DNA of 64,000 bases from Eledone cirrhosa (Eukaryota), in assembly GCA_964016885.1 (NCBI GenBank), contig OZ024742.1:301258001-301322000 (forward strand). The letters are read 5' to 3'. A program made the position numbers and the translations under genes. Positions 1-14,007 of this stretch are shown here, piece by piece (the stretch's first letter is position 1; every line of letters begins with the position of its first letter). The notes below the pieces were generated by a model that made no database searches, was not told where the DNA came from, and saw only the letters and a program-made list of their open reading frames with translations.

Positions 1-605
1 CTGTATATCTGCAACCACCAAATTCTCACCCTCTCTATATCACGTAACGCTCTTCCAATACTCCTCTCTATACCAATTAACACCAATACTCCCCCTCTCT
101 ATATCTACTACACCGAACTCTCTTCCAATCCCCCTCTATATATCAATTACCACCAAACTATCCCCCTCTCTATATCTTCTATACAATACTCTCTCTCATT
201 CCCTCTCACTCTATCCATCACTACTAAACTCTCATCCTCTCTATATCTATCAATACCTATTTCTATCAATCCTCTCACCCTATTCATTACCACCAAACTC
301 TCTGCCTCTCTACATCAACCATACAACACTCACTCCCATTCCCCCTCTATATCAATTAACACCAAACTCTCCCATATTTATATCTACCACATGGAACTCT
401 CTTCCAACCCCCTCTTTATATCAATTAACACCAAACTATCCCTCTCTCTATATCTACTATACGGAACTCTCTTCCAATACCCTTCTATATATCAATTAAC
501 GCCAAACTCTCCCTCTCTATATATCTACTACACGGAACTCTCTTCAAATTCTTCTCTCTATATCAATAAATATCAATCTCTCTCCCTCTCTATATCAATT
601 ACCAC
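1..605. repeat. Degenerate CT-rich minisatellite (alternating ~33-37 bp units); resumes at ~6290-6400 after the Tx1 insertion
   Basis: Recurrent ctctctatatcaattaacaccaaactctccc / tctctatatctactacaccgaactctcttcc units on both sides of the LINE. Confidence 0.8.
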
Positions 606-802
606 TTGATATAGACGTGATTTACTTTGCTCCGGATTTTTGCGGATTGTTGTAAAAAAGAACTGTGAGTTTATTGATCAATTTAATAACATTGTTTGGT
701 TTAGCCCCTTGCCTTGGCCGTCAGACGTTAAGTCAACAAATTTTCGCCCCTTTCTGGGGCGAAATTTTCAATTTTCATCTAAAAACTGTAGACTTGGTGG
801 CA

Positions 803-2584
803 ATGGATGCCATTTCCACCTCGCACACTGTCGTGAGTGCCACGCCCACTAAGAAAAGTGGTGGAGGGAAGGTAGGAGTACAAAGCTTGCAGCCGTCCCC
901 CCTCGCATCATCGAAAAACGTGGAAAATATCGAAACCGCGAAACCAAACCCGGTAAATAATACCAGCACCAACAACAAAAACAATGACAACAACACCACA
1001 ACCAACAACTGCAACAATAGAAACACCAATATTACCAACAGTGACAGTAACACGAAAGACAACAACACCAAAACAACATTTGCACAGACCGTAAAAAAAG
1101 ACGAACTATACACGCCAATAGACATAACAAATGCTAAACAACTATTACAAGATGCAAAACAATTCGTGATTTTTGGCGAAAACGGTGCTTTTAGCATCAA
1201 TTCTCCACAGGAATTACGTAGAGAGGCTGTCCTGAAAACTGGTTTTCAGGACAATATCGAACGTAACAAGAAAACCAGCTCAATTATCACAAAATGAAAT
1301 TGAGCTGGTTCTAAAAGACGCAATGAAGGACTTAACCTTCATACAAAAAGGTAAACTGTTTGGTAGCATTTCGGTGCTGATGAACAACCAGTCAACAGCT
1401 CAAAAGTACTCGATAGCACCCATTGTGTCCCTCCCCACTTCACCTTTTACCCCACATACAGGGGAAAAAGGACACAGAGAATAAAAATAATGAGTATCAC
1501 ACCAAATGTAAACATTTGGTGGATACTATGTGGAATAATAAACTTTGACGAAGACAAGATAATTTCAATAGGAAAGTCCTCCGCAGGTGTATTTGGTGGG
1601 ACCACCGTAGAAGTTCTGGTGCAAATGAGCCCAGAACGAATAGCGAATATCCCACAACGCGTGCCTCTGGACGGGCTAACTTATATAAACATTTCAGTGG
1701 AGGGAAGGCGGCCGTCATGTTACCACCTGAGGGCTGCCTGTCCTCAATTAACGAGTCAAAAAAAAAAGGCTCTTCTGCCAATCCCAAACACAACAACACA
1801 ACCACCACCACCACCACCACAACAACACAACCACCACCACCACCACAACAACAACACGGAAAAAATAACAACACAAAACACTGTTCCACCCAACCCCTCC
1901 CCACCTAAAACAAATACAAAAGCAACCACAACAAAACCCCAAAATATACCCCTCCCCAACAACACGGAAGAGGACTCCGTATCAACGTCACCCAGTGACG
2001 ACGAGGGAGAACCCTTTCAACAGGTGAAAAGGAAAAAAAAAAGGCACCACATTAACAAAAATGCCACAAACACACAACCACCAGCACAAACAGAACAAAC
2101 ATCACAAATAAAAAAACCCACCCCTCCCCAAAACATAACACGTACTATAAAACGCAAACACCCGCAAGAACAACAAACAAAAACAAACACAACACAACAA
2201 AAACTCTATACATACATTAACAAGAACAATAAAACGTTGATGAAAGCGATAGAAAATAACCCTTCGGTGGAAACCGAAGGGATCACTTTCACCTACGCAG
2301 CGAACAAACCGCACCTAATGATGATTAGGGTCCCAACGGAAACCTATGTAACTTTGAAAAAGAACCATCCAATGCATGTGGGGACCAACTGCACCAAACC
2401 ACATAACAGCGTCCTATTGAGATGTTTCCCCACCCCCACACCAGACACCCACACCCCACCAAACACCCTAATCCCACCACAAACTGATGTCCTCACCCCA
2501 CCACAAACCACCACCCCACCAAACAACCCTTCCAACACCCCCATGGAAATTGTGCAGCCTGGTCCCCAGGAGACGAAGAGGTAA
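803..2584 (+). pseudogene. Tx1 ORF1 (gag-like), broken by frameshift/stop near 1297
   Basis: ORFs 665-1297 and 1490-2584; GRRPSCYH-LRAACP is a deleted CCHC knuckle (compare GRRPRYFVCGEATHLQAFCP in copy C); N/T/P-rich linkers. Confidence 0.75.
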
Positions 2585-2626
2585 GTAATTTCCTTTCCTC
2601 TTCCTTTTTACCTCTTCAGCACTAAC

Positions 2627-5600
2627 ATGGCCAATATAAGAGTTGGATGTGTGAATGCACGCGGCTTGGGGATGTCCTGGAAACAGGGCAAACTCTTAAA
2701 TGACCTCAGGTCGCACAGAGTGGATGTAATGGTTATTTGCGAGTCCAGGATCAGCAGCGAGCGCCAACTGGCCCCCATCTTCGACGACTTTGAGATCTAC
2801 GCATCTCTCAGTCAGCCGAGGGGTGGGGGTGGGGTTGTCGTTCTGCTACGAAAATACCTGGGTCTTGCCACACAGAAGGTACACCTGGACCCGGAGGGTC
2901 GACTGGTGGTTTTAGACGTCGGCAGTGGTGAAGGTGGAGCTTTCAGGCTGGTGGCAGCGTATGCCCCATCGGGGACACCGCGACCGGACTTCTTCCGACG
3001 CCTGGAGAATTTCCTGGGAACGTCTCGCTCCTTGCTTTTAGTGGGGGACTGGAATGGTATCCTGGATGCACGTTGGGACTATGTAGGGGCATGTCCCGAT
3101 AGAGGGGGTTGTAACAGCCTCAAACGATTAATCGGCCGATTTGATCTGGCCGATAGATATCGACTGGATTTTCCGACTGTGCCACGGTGGACGTGGAGTA
3201 ATCGCAGTGGAACATCCAGGTCGTACCTAGATAGGTTCCTAGTTAGAAATAAGGATAGGGACATATTAAGCTGTCCACGAATGTTCATGGTTGACTATTC
3301 GGATCACAAGTTGTTGACCGGAGTGGTCAACCTTGATAGAACTCATAGACAGGGACCCGGTTACTGGAAGCTAAACTTGTATTTACCGACAAACAAAGCT
3401 TACAGTAAGCGGATTAGCACACTAGTTAAGCAGCGTTTGACGGGGCAATTGTCAACAACAGGTGGTGGGGCTCTCTCAAGAGAGAAATTAGAATAGAATC
3501 GATAGGTTTTAGTCGGGAATTAGCATCAAATAGGAATAGAACTGAAAGGGAATTAATAAATAGAGTAGAAGATGCGATTAGGAGTGGAAACGTGGACGGC
3601 GTGCTGGCGTCAAGAACGGCCCTAGACCAGTTCTTTGATGCGAAGCACGAGGGCTGCGTTGTCAGGAGTAAAATACGTGCTCTGGGTAACGAGGGAGCCA
3701 AAGCTGTTAGCTGGGCGCGAGTGACAGAGGCAAAAAGTGGAAACAAGTCCACGATTAGGTCTTTGAAGGACCAGGATGGACGCGTGATCCTTGAACCTGA
3801 GCGGATGAGCGCGGCCTTTCAACGGCGCTTTGCACGACTGTTCGGGAGGGGCGGCGGGCCGGGTGGGGCCATGGATTTCGGTCCATACCTCGACGGTCTG
3901 GCGCGGCTCTCGGACGGGGAGGCGAAGTTCTGCGAGAGGCCGATTTCAGCCGCTGAAATAGGGGAAGTGCTGAGCCAATGCGGCAAACGCAAATCTCCGG
4001 GTCTCGATGGTCTACCATACGAACTTTATGTAGCGATGCCGGGCTTGTTCTCCGGTCTCCTCGAGGCGGTCTACTGCAACTGGCAACAGAACGGGAAAAT
4101 TCCCAGTTCTGTGACCAAGGGCGTAGTCACGCTGGTGAGGAAGGACGAGAACAAGGGGGATGACATAGATAACTTCAGGCCCATAACTCTTCTAAACACA
4201 GAGTTAAAGATTTTGGCCAAGCTGTTAGCGAAGAGGTTGGCGCTTGTCGTCGGGAACCTGGTGGGAGAAGCGCAGACATGCGCAATCCCGTCCAGGTCCA
4301 TACACGACAACCTCCACCTCATGCGATACATCGTAGAGAGGGTAGGGAACGAACCCGGCTTTGGTGGGGCCCTGATCAACTTGGATCAATCTAAAGCGTT
4401 CGATAGGGTTGACCATCGGTACCTGGATGCGGTGCTAGCGGCGGCAGGCTTCGGACCCGTTTTCAGGGGCTGGATTGCTGCAATGCACAGCAGCAACACC
4501 TGCTCGAGGGTCAAGGTGAACGGCTACCTCTCGGAGCCGTTCCAAATCACGCGATCCATTCGATAGGGATGCCCTCTCTCCTCCCTCCTGTATGTGCTGG
4601 CTCTCGAGCCACTACTGAGGAAGCTGGAGCTGTTGTAGGGCATCCCCTTGGAACCGGGATTGCGGAAAGCGGTGTCGGCCTACGCCGATGACGTGACAGT
4701 AATGGTGTCGTGCGCCTCGGAAATCGGGCAGATCGGCACATTACTGGAGGAATATGAAAGGTTCACAGGAGCCAAGCTGAACCGAGACAAGTCCGTCGGT
4801 TTGCAACTCGGGACGTGGAGGGGCAAAACGATGCCCTCCGACGGCATCGTCGGACGCTGGACGGGGGGACCGGTGAAGCTGCTCGGGGTCTGGTTCGGAC
4901 CGGACCTCCAGGTGGAGAAAAACTGGTACGAGGTAACGGGCAAGGTGTTTGCACTCGCCCAGAAGTGGGCCGAGTGCAAACTATCCCTGAAAGGTCGAGC
5001 GGAGGTAGTGAACGCTTATATATCGTCCGTCATCTACTACCGCTTGACCGTCGTGCCTTGCCCAGAGAAAACACTCGCCAAATTGGAGCGCGCGCTCTTC
5101 CGATTTCTTTGGCAGAAGCGGGCTCCTTTGGTGAGAAGATCCATCTGCTGTCAACACCCTTCGAACGGAGGGCTGGGGATGCCGTAGACACGCATTAAGG
5201 CTACGGCACCTCCAGGTATTCCTCACCGGTCAGCCGGTGTGGGCCCTGTTTGTGAGGCGAGCCTTTCCGAGACTCGTCTCACTCACCTAGCTGCAATCCT
5301 GGGTCAAGCAAAGACCGAGAATAGTGGGCGACTGGCACATTGAATGTGCCCAGGCGCTCACGGCCCTCTGGCAAGCGGATCCGGCAATCAGTGGAGACTC
5401 AACCTCAACATTCTATAGAGGGTTGGTGCGCAGTAAGTGCGACGACGCTCTCGGAGAGGCTCTGGGCATAGAGGAAGACGAGCTGGCTAGTCTGTTCGGT
5501 AGGACGTTTGGCCCGGGACCGATGGACAACTTCCAAAAGTCCCTGGCTTGGCAATGTTACCGAGGAGCTCTACCCGTTCGGGACAAGCTCTACAGACACG

Positions 5601-6049
5601 GGCGCCCGGGTAGGGACCCCTCGAAGAAGATCTGTCCAAGATGCGTGCGTGACGAGGAAACCGTCGCACACGCATTCGTACACTGCCCGGGCGTTGCTGA
5701 CCTGTGGGGCTATGTAGAACGACTACTGTCGCGGGTGGGACCAATCCGGTTGACCACCGAGAACATTGTCACAATCAAACCGCCTCCCCCTTTCAAAAAC
5801 GAAGGAGAGGCGGTTTTCCTCTGTGTGATAACCATGGCGAAAGAAGTTGTATGGTGGACAAGGTTGAAAGGGCTGAGGTCAGACACCTATCTCTCCGGCC
5901 AACAACTGGTCTTTTTTTTCAAGTACCACTTTAGAAGAAGGATCAGAATGGAGAGAGAGGTGCTCTACCCCAGCAAGTTTTATGAAAGATGGGTGAAAGT
6001 AGCGAGAATGGCCCGAGTGAATGGGCCTTCTCTCTATATCAGCCTGTAG
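2627..6049 (+). pseudogene. Tx1 ORF2: APE endonuclease + reverse transcriptase, several stops/frameshifts
   Basis: NARGL, YAP, GDWN, LDRF, SDH (APE); KSPGLDG, FRPITLLN, DQSKAFDRVDH, YADD (RT); CPRC...HAFVHC. Confidence 0.92.
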
Positions 6050-7570
6050 GTGAGAGAGGAGAAGAATGAGAAGAGGAAGGAAGCACCCGCTCTTTGTGCT
6101 CCTGAAGAGGAGGGTTGCACATTTTTTCGGGGGTGTGTGCGACCCATGTCAACGCCCCTCCCTATTGAGGACATCGATTGTTAAATTTAATTTGTTATAT
6201 GTTTTTTACACGTCTTTTTAAATGTATGTAAACTCCCCCCTTTGTATATGTCCCAATCTTTGATGCCCTGGTGGCAAATAAATAGAAATATATATCTAAT
6301 ATACAACACTCTCTCCAAACCTTCCTCTCTATATCAATTAATACCATATTCTCCCCCTCTCTATATCTATATCTATCTCTCCCAACTGTCTCTACTTAAC
6401 ATGTAGATATATTGTAGCGCATATACACATAGATGTGTGTTTTGGCAGTTTGGGTTCCATTGCCCCAGATATAGCATTTTTCGAAATACTGTAACGAAAA
6501 TCTTTTTTCTCTAATTAGGGCTTACTTTCTTTTTCTGTTTCGCAGGATCCAGTTTTGATCCTAAACAGTTGGGTGATATTAGGATAACGTTAGTTTTATT
6601 TTGGGGTGAGGGTAGGAGTGAAGCCTATCGTAAAAAAAAAATGTCATTTCAAATTGTTTTTTTAAGTTAGGGTTTTGCATCCTGCTCAATGTTTTATTTT
6701 ATTTTATTCTTTTTATTGCTTCTATTTATCTTAGTTAAGTGAAATATTTTTCTCCGCTTCCCCATTATTCTGCCGAAATGTAGTTTCGTTTGTTTGTATT
6801 TCTTACTTAAGGTATTTTCCTTATTTATTATTTTATCTATGGAATATATCATGTAAATACAGTTTAATTTAGATTGAGAAGAATGGAATGTAAAATAGGA
6901 AAATATAAAGAAGAAAAGAGAATAAGAAAGAAAAAATGGGAAGGGGAGGAAATGACAAGGACTCGTGTGTCACGGAAGAGTTGGAGGATGATTGGGCTCT
7001 GGGTCGAGGGCGTGGCGGTGGAGGGGCTGCGTCCCGCGGACAAGACCACAAAAGCATTCCCGCGGATAATGGCCAGCTCCGCCCGCTGCTACAGCCACCC
7101 CACTCGCGGGGCTCCTTCCTCAGACGAGCCGCCGACGTTCCGATCTTGCGGAGTTGTTCGACTGTGCAGGGTCCAACTATTTTTTCCTAAAGACACAATT
7201 AGAATGACATCTTGTGGGGGTATATCTTATTTTTCAATGCAAACATTAACTGCAAGTATCCCTTCAATTGTTTTTGTTGTCTAGATTTCTTGATGGCATC
7301 AATAACCTGTTTGTCCACCTCCTACTGGTCTTCTTTACGTTCCTTCGTTACATTGACATATAAGGAAAATTTGATATATAGGATATTTGTTTGTTTGATA
7401 TACATTAGGATGTTTACTTACAGGTATTTGTTTACTAGTGGATCCCTTATCTGTTGATGGTAGACAGTCATTCTGGTCTTTAGTTTTGTTCTATATAGTC
7501 GTCAATTAACCCATTACATTTTATAAAATAGATACTCTTTTTGGTAAATATTTCTCCTCAATTAAATTCA

Positions 7571-8010
7571 CTAGCAGAAAAACCGCCCTCGGGTGGTTTT
7601 CTGCTAGCATGTATAGTGTGTATATTGATATTATACACAAATATATATGCATGTAAATATGATACATCAAATAAAATCGTAATTAACAATATACACAGAA
7701 ATTGAACGAAGACTATGTTACACTGTCTTATGTAATCAGTAAAGTAATCCATGATACATTAAAAAAAGACGATATTATATATAAACAGCTTTAGGAGAAA
7801 ATTAGCGACGGAAATATATTCGATATTTTGATAAGTGTTATAATATAAACGGCCGCTAACCGGAAGTGTTGACATTTGAAAATTTTAAAGAAGTGAATAT
7901 TTAAATAAGCTATAAAATATATTTAATCACAGCCACGAAATTTAGCAAATAAATTATGTAATATTCATTCATTATTTATTCAAAGTAATCCAACTTATTT
8001 TACAAACGTT
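7571..8010 (-). mobile_element. Non-autonomous Helitron-like element (family H1), 3' part
   Basis: Terminal palindrome CTAGcagaaaaaccgccctcgggtggttttctgCTAG; body homologous to copies at 29982, 55744 and 59649. Confidence 0.7.
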
Positions 8011-8329
8011 AAGATATGATGAGCCCAATGAGATTAATATAGAATCCATAGTAAAGATAGTCACATTTCTTTTACTGTTGGTGCTGTATTTTTGGTGGGA
8101 AATTTAGTGCTGGTAAGTAATTTCTTTAATAACTTTGTGTTTTTTTTTATTATTTGATCTGTTTTGAATTATTGTATCTGTCTTTTTCACTTGCCAGGTT
8201 AAAACATACGATTCGTGTAAGAATATCAACGTTTGTGTTTATCAACATACTACATCCAGAGGATCTTAAATATAATTAATTTTAGCAGGCACTTTCCTGT
8301 GAAATACACACTAAGTAGTTTTACACATT

Positions 8330-9000
8330 CTTTTAAAACCTATTCTAAAACATATACCTAGCTTCGTTAAAGATGACATTTTAAACCATCTCCCTCAATA
8401 AAACCAACAGACACACAACTGTCTCATTTGATGTAGTAATCAAATCGATTTATATCGATTCCACATGAAAAGAAGGAATATAATTCTAGCTAAATAAATT
8501 ACTAGACGACCTACTTGAACGAATTGAGAAAATATTTATCATTGAAAGATTAAAATTCGTACTACAAAATGACTTTTTCAATTTCAAGGAGGACATTTAC
8601 AAGAAAATATTAGGGATTGCGATGGGTACAAAAGTAGTCATAATATAGGCAAATCTTGACATGGGATACTTAAAAGACAAAATATACGAACACTCTAGAT
8701 TAAAGTTCAAAAACACCTATTGGACAGCAGGAAAGGCTACCTAGACTATTGTTTTATCCCGCAGGTACACAGTCAGGATCGTTTAAAAGTCTAATCAAGA
8801 GCATTAACCACAGTATCTAATTTACAACGAAATACAATAAAAAAAGAATTACCCCTTTTGGATATCGTAATCATGAATATCGAAATCAACATCAACTTGA
8901 AACCAACAGACTCAAAACAATAATTGTTATTTTCTTCCTGCCATCCAAAACACACAAAAATAAATATACTTGTTAAGCAGGCAAGAAAATCTGTACAATT
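8330..9000 (+). mobile_element. Decayed Penelope-like RT fragment
   Basis: Manual translation: FDV..., FFNFKEDIYKKILGIAMGTK, GYLDYCFI, ELPLLDI, KPTDSKQ, SSCHPKHTK. Confidence 0.75.
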
Positions 9001-9246
9001 GCATGTGAATGCTTGTACACATAGGAACAGGCAATCACACACATACACACGCATACATACATTAAAAAAAAAAATTAAATAATAATAATATTGCACGCAT
9101 GCATAGATCTACCAACAAGGTAAATATTTCTACATACAAGATGACAAGTCTAAAATGCCACTAGAAATAGCAGTCAATACGGTCTGTCAATCAGCTCACC
9201 ATTTAGGGAGCAGTGTTTATTATTATACATAATTAAATTTGTCACG

Positions 9247-9635
9247 AATATACATAAAATCACAATGAAAATCGATCGCTAAAAAATCTCAATCAGAGAA
9301 GCAAATATATATAGAATATCATATACAAAATCACTGAGGGTTAGATCCCAACGAGTATTTCTCTTGTTTTAATATGTTTCTTATACCTTACAGAATCCCT
9401 CTGGTGAAAAACTGCTCCGTTACCTGCAGTCAGGGAATTTAATGAGGCTTCCTATCTTAGGTTGCTTAACTGTGAATATGGCCCTCGGGAAAGACGCTTG
9501 TGAAGTGTTCTTTTTAGCCTACTTTACTGGGATCTACCCTTCAGTTATTTTGTATAAGATATTCTATATATATTTGCTTCTCTAAATGAGATTTCTTTAG
9601 CGATCTCTTTTCATTGAGATGTTATATATATATTG
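9247..9635. mobile_element. MITE-like element with ~100-bp imperfect terminal inverted repeats
   Basis: aatgaaaatcgatcgctaaaaaatctcaatcagagaagcaaatatatatagaatatc...gatccca mirrored at 9528-9615. Confidence 0.7.
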
Positions 9636-9639
9636 GTGA

Positions 9640-9646
9640 CAACAAC

Positions 9647-9705
<59 letters not shown>

Positions 9706-12700
9706 TTTCTTTATTAACCACAAGGGTTTACATAAAGTAGACATTAAGGACAGTGCAGGACAATACAGGACGGTACAAATGGGCATTTCTGCGTGTAAAA
9801 AACAAAAAAAAAAAACAGAGGGTGTAACAAAAAATAACAATGAAAAATTCCCCAATAGGGGGGAGACTTCCGAGGGACATTTGTGGAGAAAGCCCATTAA
9901 AAGGCCACAGTGACCCTGACCACCAGGGCAAGTGCCCTCTCCCAGTTTTCCACCTTTAATTTACAGACACATACTCAGAGTAGGCCCATTAACTCGGGCC
10001 ATACTTGCTTCTCTCACCCATCTTTCAACAAAATGCTGGGAAGAGAGCACTTCCCTCTCTACCCTGATTTTCCTTTTCAAATGAAATTTGGAAAAAGTTA
10101 ATCAGGGCATCACCGAAGAGGTAAGTGCTCGTCTTCAGCCCTTTCAAACGTGTCCACCATACTATCGCTTTCGCCATGGCCATCAGACAGATAAAAACTG
10201 CCTGCCCTTCCCGGCTAAAGGAAGAGGGCGGGGCAATCCTCACGATGGACTCAGCTGATAGCCGGATCCGACCTACACGCGACAGCAGGTATTCGACATA
10301 AACCCACAAGTTAGCAATTTTCGGACACTGGACGAGTGCGTGCAGGACGGTTTCGTCGCCCTGCGCGCATCTCGGACATGCTCGGCTGACGACACCTCCA
10401 TGCCTGTAGAGTTTATTCCGAACTGGCAAAGCTCCTCGGTAGCACTGCCAGGGATTTCTGGAAGTTGTCCATAGGCCCCGGCCCAAAAGTTCTTCCGAAG
10501 AGATTGGTTAGTTGATTTTCGTCGAGGCTTAGAGTTTCCCGAAGTACATCGTCGCTCTTCCCCTCCACTAATCCTCTATAGAACGCCGAGGTGGAGTTTC
10601 CACCGATCACATTGCCCGATTGGTCGAGGGCTGTGAACGCCTGAAGACATTCCAGTCTCCAAGCGCTCCCTCTCGGGCTTCGCTTGACCAAGGACTGCAG
10701 CTCCGTCAAGGAGACGAGCTGGGGAAAGACGCGTCTAGCAAACGGCGACCACACCTGATCACCGTCGAGGAAGAGGTAGAGATGTCGTAGCCTGAGTGCG
10801 TGTCTGCGCATCATCAGCCACGGCAAGCCCAGCCCTCCGCGTAGCGGGTGTTGACAACAGATGGACCGCCTGACCATCGGAGCGCGTCCCTTCCACAAAA
10901 AGCGAAAGAGCAAACGTTCCAGTGCAGTCAGGCGGGGCTTAGGACAAGGTACGACGGTCAGGCGGTAGCAGATGACGGACGTGATGTACGCGTTAGCTAC
11001 CTCCGCTCGACCTTTCAGGGATAGCTTCCTCTCCGCCCATTTCTGGGTGAGAGAAGCCACCCTGCTCGTCACCTCGTCCCAGTTTTTGTCCGTCTGGAGG
11101 TCCGGACCGAACCAGACCCCTAGCAATTTAACCGGCCCGTCCGTCCAGCGCCCGACGACGCTGTTGGACGGCATGGACCTGCCTCTCCAGATGCCGAGCT
11201 GCAGGCCCACTGACTTTTCCTGGTTGATCATTGCTCCTGTCACCGCTTCGTATTCTCTTAGTGTAGTGCCGATCGCCTCGATGTGTTTGGCGTTCGACAC
11301 CACTACGGTGACATCGTCCGCATATGCTGACACGGATCTTCCGCATCCTAGTTCACGCGGGACCCCCCTCAACGTCTCCAGTTTGTGCAGTAATGGCTAG
11401 AGAGTCAATACGTACGAGAGGGACGAGAGGGGACATCCTTGGCGGACCGAGCGCATGATGTTGAACGGTTCCGAAAGGTGACCGTTCACTCTCACCACAG
11501 AGCAGATGTCGCTGTGCATGGCAGCGATCCAGCCTCTGAAGACGGGCCCAAAGCCAACCGCCCTCAGGACTGCCGCTAGGTAACGATGGTCGACCCTATC
11601 GAAAGCTTTCGACTGATCTAAATTGATCAAGGACCCACCCGTGCAAGGTTCCCTAGCTACCCTCTCTACGATGTATCGCATGAGGTGGAGGTTGTCGTGG
11701 ATGGATCTGTCGGGAATGGCGCATGTCTGCGCCTCTCTCACCAGACCACCAACAACAAGCGCCAACCTCTTTGCTAGCACCTTGGCCAAAATCTTGAACT
11801 CTGTGTTTAGCAGAGTTATGGGCCTGAAATTATCTATGTTATCCCCCTTGTTCGGATCCTTTCTCAGCAGCGCCACAGCTCCTCGGCTCACAGAGCTGGG
11901 AATTCTCCCGTTCTGTTGCCAGTTGCAGTAGACGTCCGCCAAGAGGCCGCCGAACAAGTTTGGCATCTGTACGTAAAGTTCATAGGGAAGACCATCCAAA
12001 CCAGGCGATTTACCCCTTGTGCAGCCAGTCATTTCCTCCCGTACTTCAGCGGCTGTTATCGGCTTTTCGCAACACTCCGCCTCAGTGGTCGAGAGCTGCG
12101 GCAGTCCGTCGAGGTAGACACTAAAGTCCATCCCTCTACCCGGTCCACCGCCGCCCCCGAACAGCTGAGCGAAGTGTCGCTGAAAAGCTTTACACATTTG
12201 CCCGGGATCGAGTAGCATGCGCCCGTCGTGGTCCACCAAAGACCGGATCGTAGCTTTGTTTCCACGACGCGCCTCCGCCACTCGGGCCCATTGAACGGCT
12301 TTCGTCCCCTCGTGTCTGAGAGCACGCACCCTAGCTCTGACAACGCAGCCTTCGTGCTTTGCATTGATGAATTGGTCAAGGGCCAATTTCGCCGCAAGTA
12401 CGTCGGTCCCGATGCCTTTGCTAAGCGCCTCGTCTAATTTTCTAACTAGTTCTCCCTCTGCTCTATTTTTCTCTATTGCTAAAGCCTTACTAAACCTAAT
12501 GGACTCTCTTCTAATCCCTCTTTTCAGAGCAAACCACCACCTGTTGTTGACGATGGCCCCCGTCAACGCCCGCTTAACTAGTTCGCTAATCCGGTCTCTG
12601 TAGGCCTTGCGCGCTGCTAAGGACGCGTTTAGCTTCCAGTAGCCGGGTCCTCGTCTATGAAGCCTATCTAAGTCAAGCACACAGATCACGAATTTGTGGT

Positions 12701-13100
12701 CTGTGTAGCTGACTATCTTGATTTGTGGACAGCCTATGCTAGACCTATCTATTTCCCTACAAAATACTCTATCTAGATATGATCTGGATGACCCTATGCG
12801 GTTTGTCCAAGTCCACATTGGCACATTCGGGAAATCCAATCGGTACCTGTCAGACAGTTCAAAACGCCTGAGCAGGCTGGTGAGGCTCTTGCACCCTCCT
12901 CCCCTATCCGCTAATCCCACACAGTCCCAGCGTGCATCTAAGATCCCGTTCCAGTCGTCTACTAACACTAAAGAGCGGGACGTTCTTAGAAAGGTCTCCA
13001 GACGCCGGAAGAATCAGGCTGCCGTGCTCCTGTCGGGGCATAGACGGCCACTAGCCTGAAAGCTTGCCCGTCTCCGCTGGTCACATCCAGCACCACCAAC
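9640..13100 (-). mobile_element. 5'-truncated Tx1-clade LINE, copy B, with (ATT)n tail at 9640-9703
   Basis: ORFs 11397-12968, 10413-11372 and 10025-10486 carry APE, RT (QGCPLS, YADD) and CPRC motifs; 3' end CCCTTGTGGTTAATAAAGAAATC(ATT)n. Confidence 0.92.
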
Positions 13101-13434
13101 CAACCTTAAAATATTGCTACTGCTTATATTTTTAGTGTTGGCAAACGTAGTAATATTTACAATGGTGGTGTCGGTGTGAGGTGTTAGTTTGTGAGGAAGG
13201 TGTGACTCTGAGTCGTCTATGATTTTTCAAGGAAAAATCTTTGTTTGATTATTATAAAAGTTTAAATTTTGGGCTCAAGGCCCCAATCTTTTTGAGTGTC
13301 CTTTTCAGAAAACAATGTATGTGCACTTATGTACAGTTAACAATAAAAAATTTCCATAAATGGCAATTTTAAACAACTGAAAATAACAAACCTTTGCGGA
13401 GCTCACGATAATACGATTTACTACGTAGGTCGCC

Positions 13435-13644
13435 AATAATAATAATAATAATAATAATAATTGTTTCTACTTTTGGCACAAGGCCAGCAATAACCCAGTA
13501 CATTACTGGTACTTCATTTTATCGACCCCGTAAGGATGAAAGGCAAAGTTAACCTCGGCGGGATTTGAACTCAGATCATAAAGGGCCGTAACTCTATGCT
13601 GCAAAGCATAGTGTCCGACCCTCTACCGATACTGCCAATCCACC
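13435..13644 (-). mobile_element. tRNA-type SINE (family S1), full length with (ATT)n tail
   Basis: A-box-like TGGCAGTATCGG, B-box GAGTTCAAATCC, core ctttgcctttcatccttacggggtcgataaaatgaagtaccag, tail GTAGAAACA(ATT)n. Confidence 0.85.
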
Positions 13645-14007
13645 AATAATAATGATTTCATTTATTGGCCACAAGATTCGACATGTAGGGTACAATACAA
13701 AGACAGGGACAGTGGGGGTTTACAATAAGCTCGAGTAAAAGTGCACAATGGCAAGACTAATTTAACAAAGAAGATATAAAAATATAAAATAAACGATGCA
13801 TAAATATAACAAAATAAATTCCCCGATAGGGAGGTGGACGACTCAGGGGTGACTCAGGTACCCCACCAATCCTGAACCACCCTGCGCTTCTAGGGCACCT
13901 GGGGAGAGCACCCCTCCTCCTCAAATTAGCTAGCCTACAGGCGCATGGTCAGAGTAGGCCCATTCACACGGGCCATTCTCACCACATTCATCCACCTTTT
14001 AGAAGTG
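13645..14007 (-). mobile_element. 3' fragment of Tx1 LINE (same family as copy C)
   Basis: Close match to 18920-19275 (ORF2 end and 3'UTR). Confidence 0.85.

Larger units (their letters stand above)
606..6292 (+). mobile_element. Near full-length decayed Tx1-clade (L1 group) non-LTR retrotransposon, copy A
   Basis: 5'UTR, ORF1, ORF2 (APE endonuclease + RT + C-terminal Cys/His), 3'UTR ending GCCCTGGTGGCAAATAAATAGAAA. Confidence 0.9.

Noticed and set aside
6864-7457. GC-rich patch with short ORFs
   Set aside because: No recognisable domain or splice structure; probably a TE fragment that I cannot classify
13560-13644. tRNA genes at the GTTCAAATCC motifs
   Set aside because: They are SINE heads; no cloverleaf, and each is followed by the SINE core and tail
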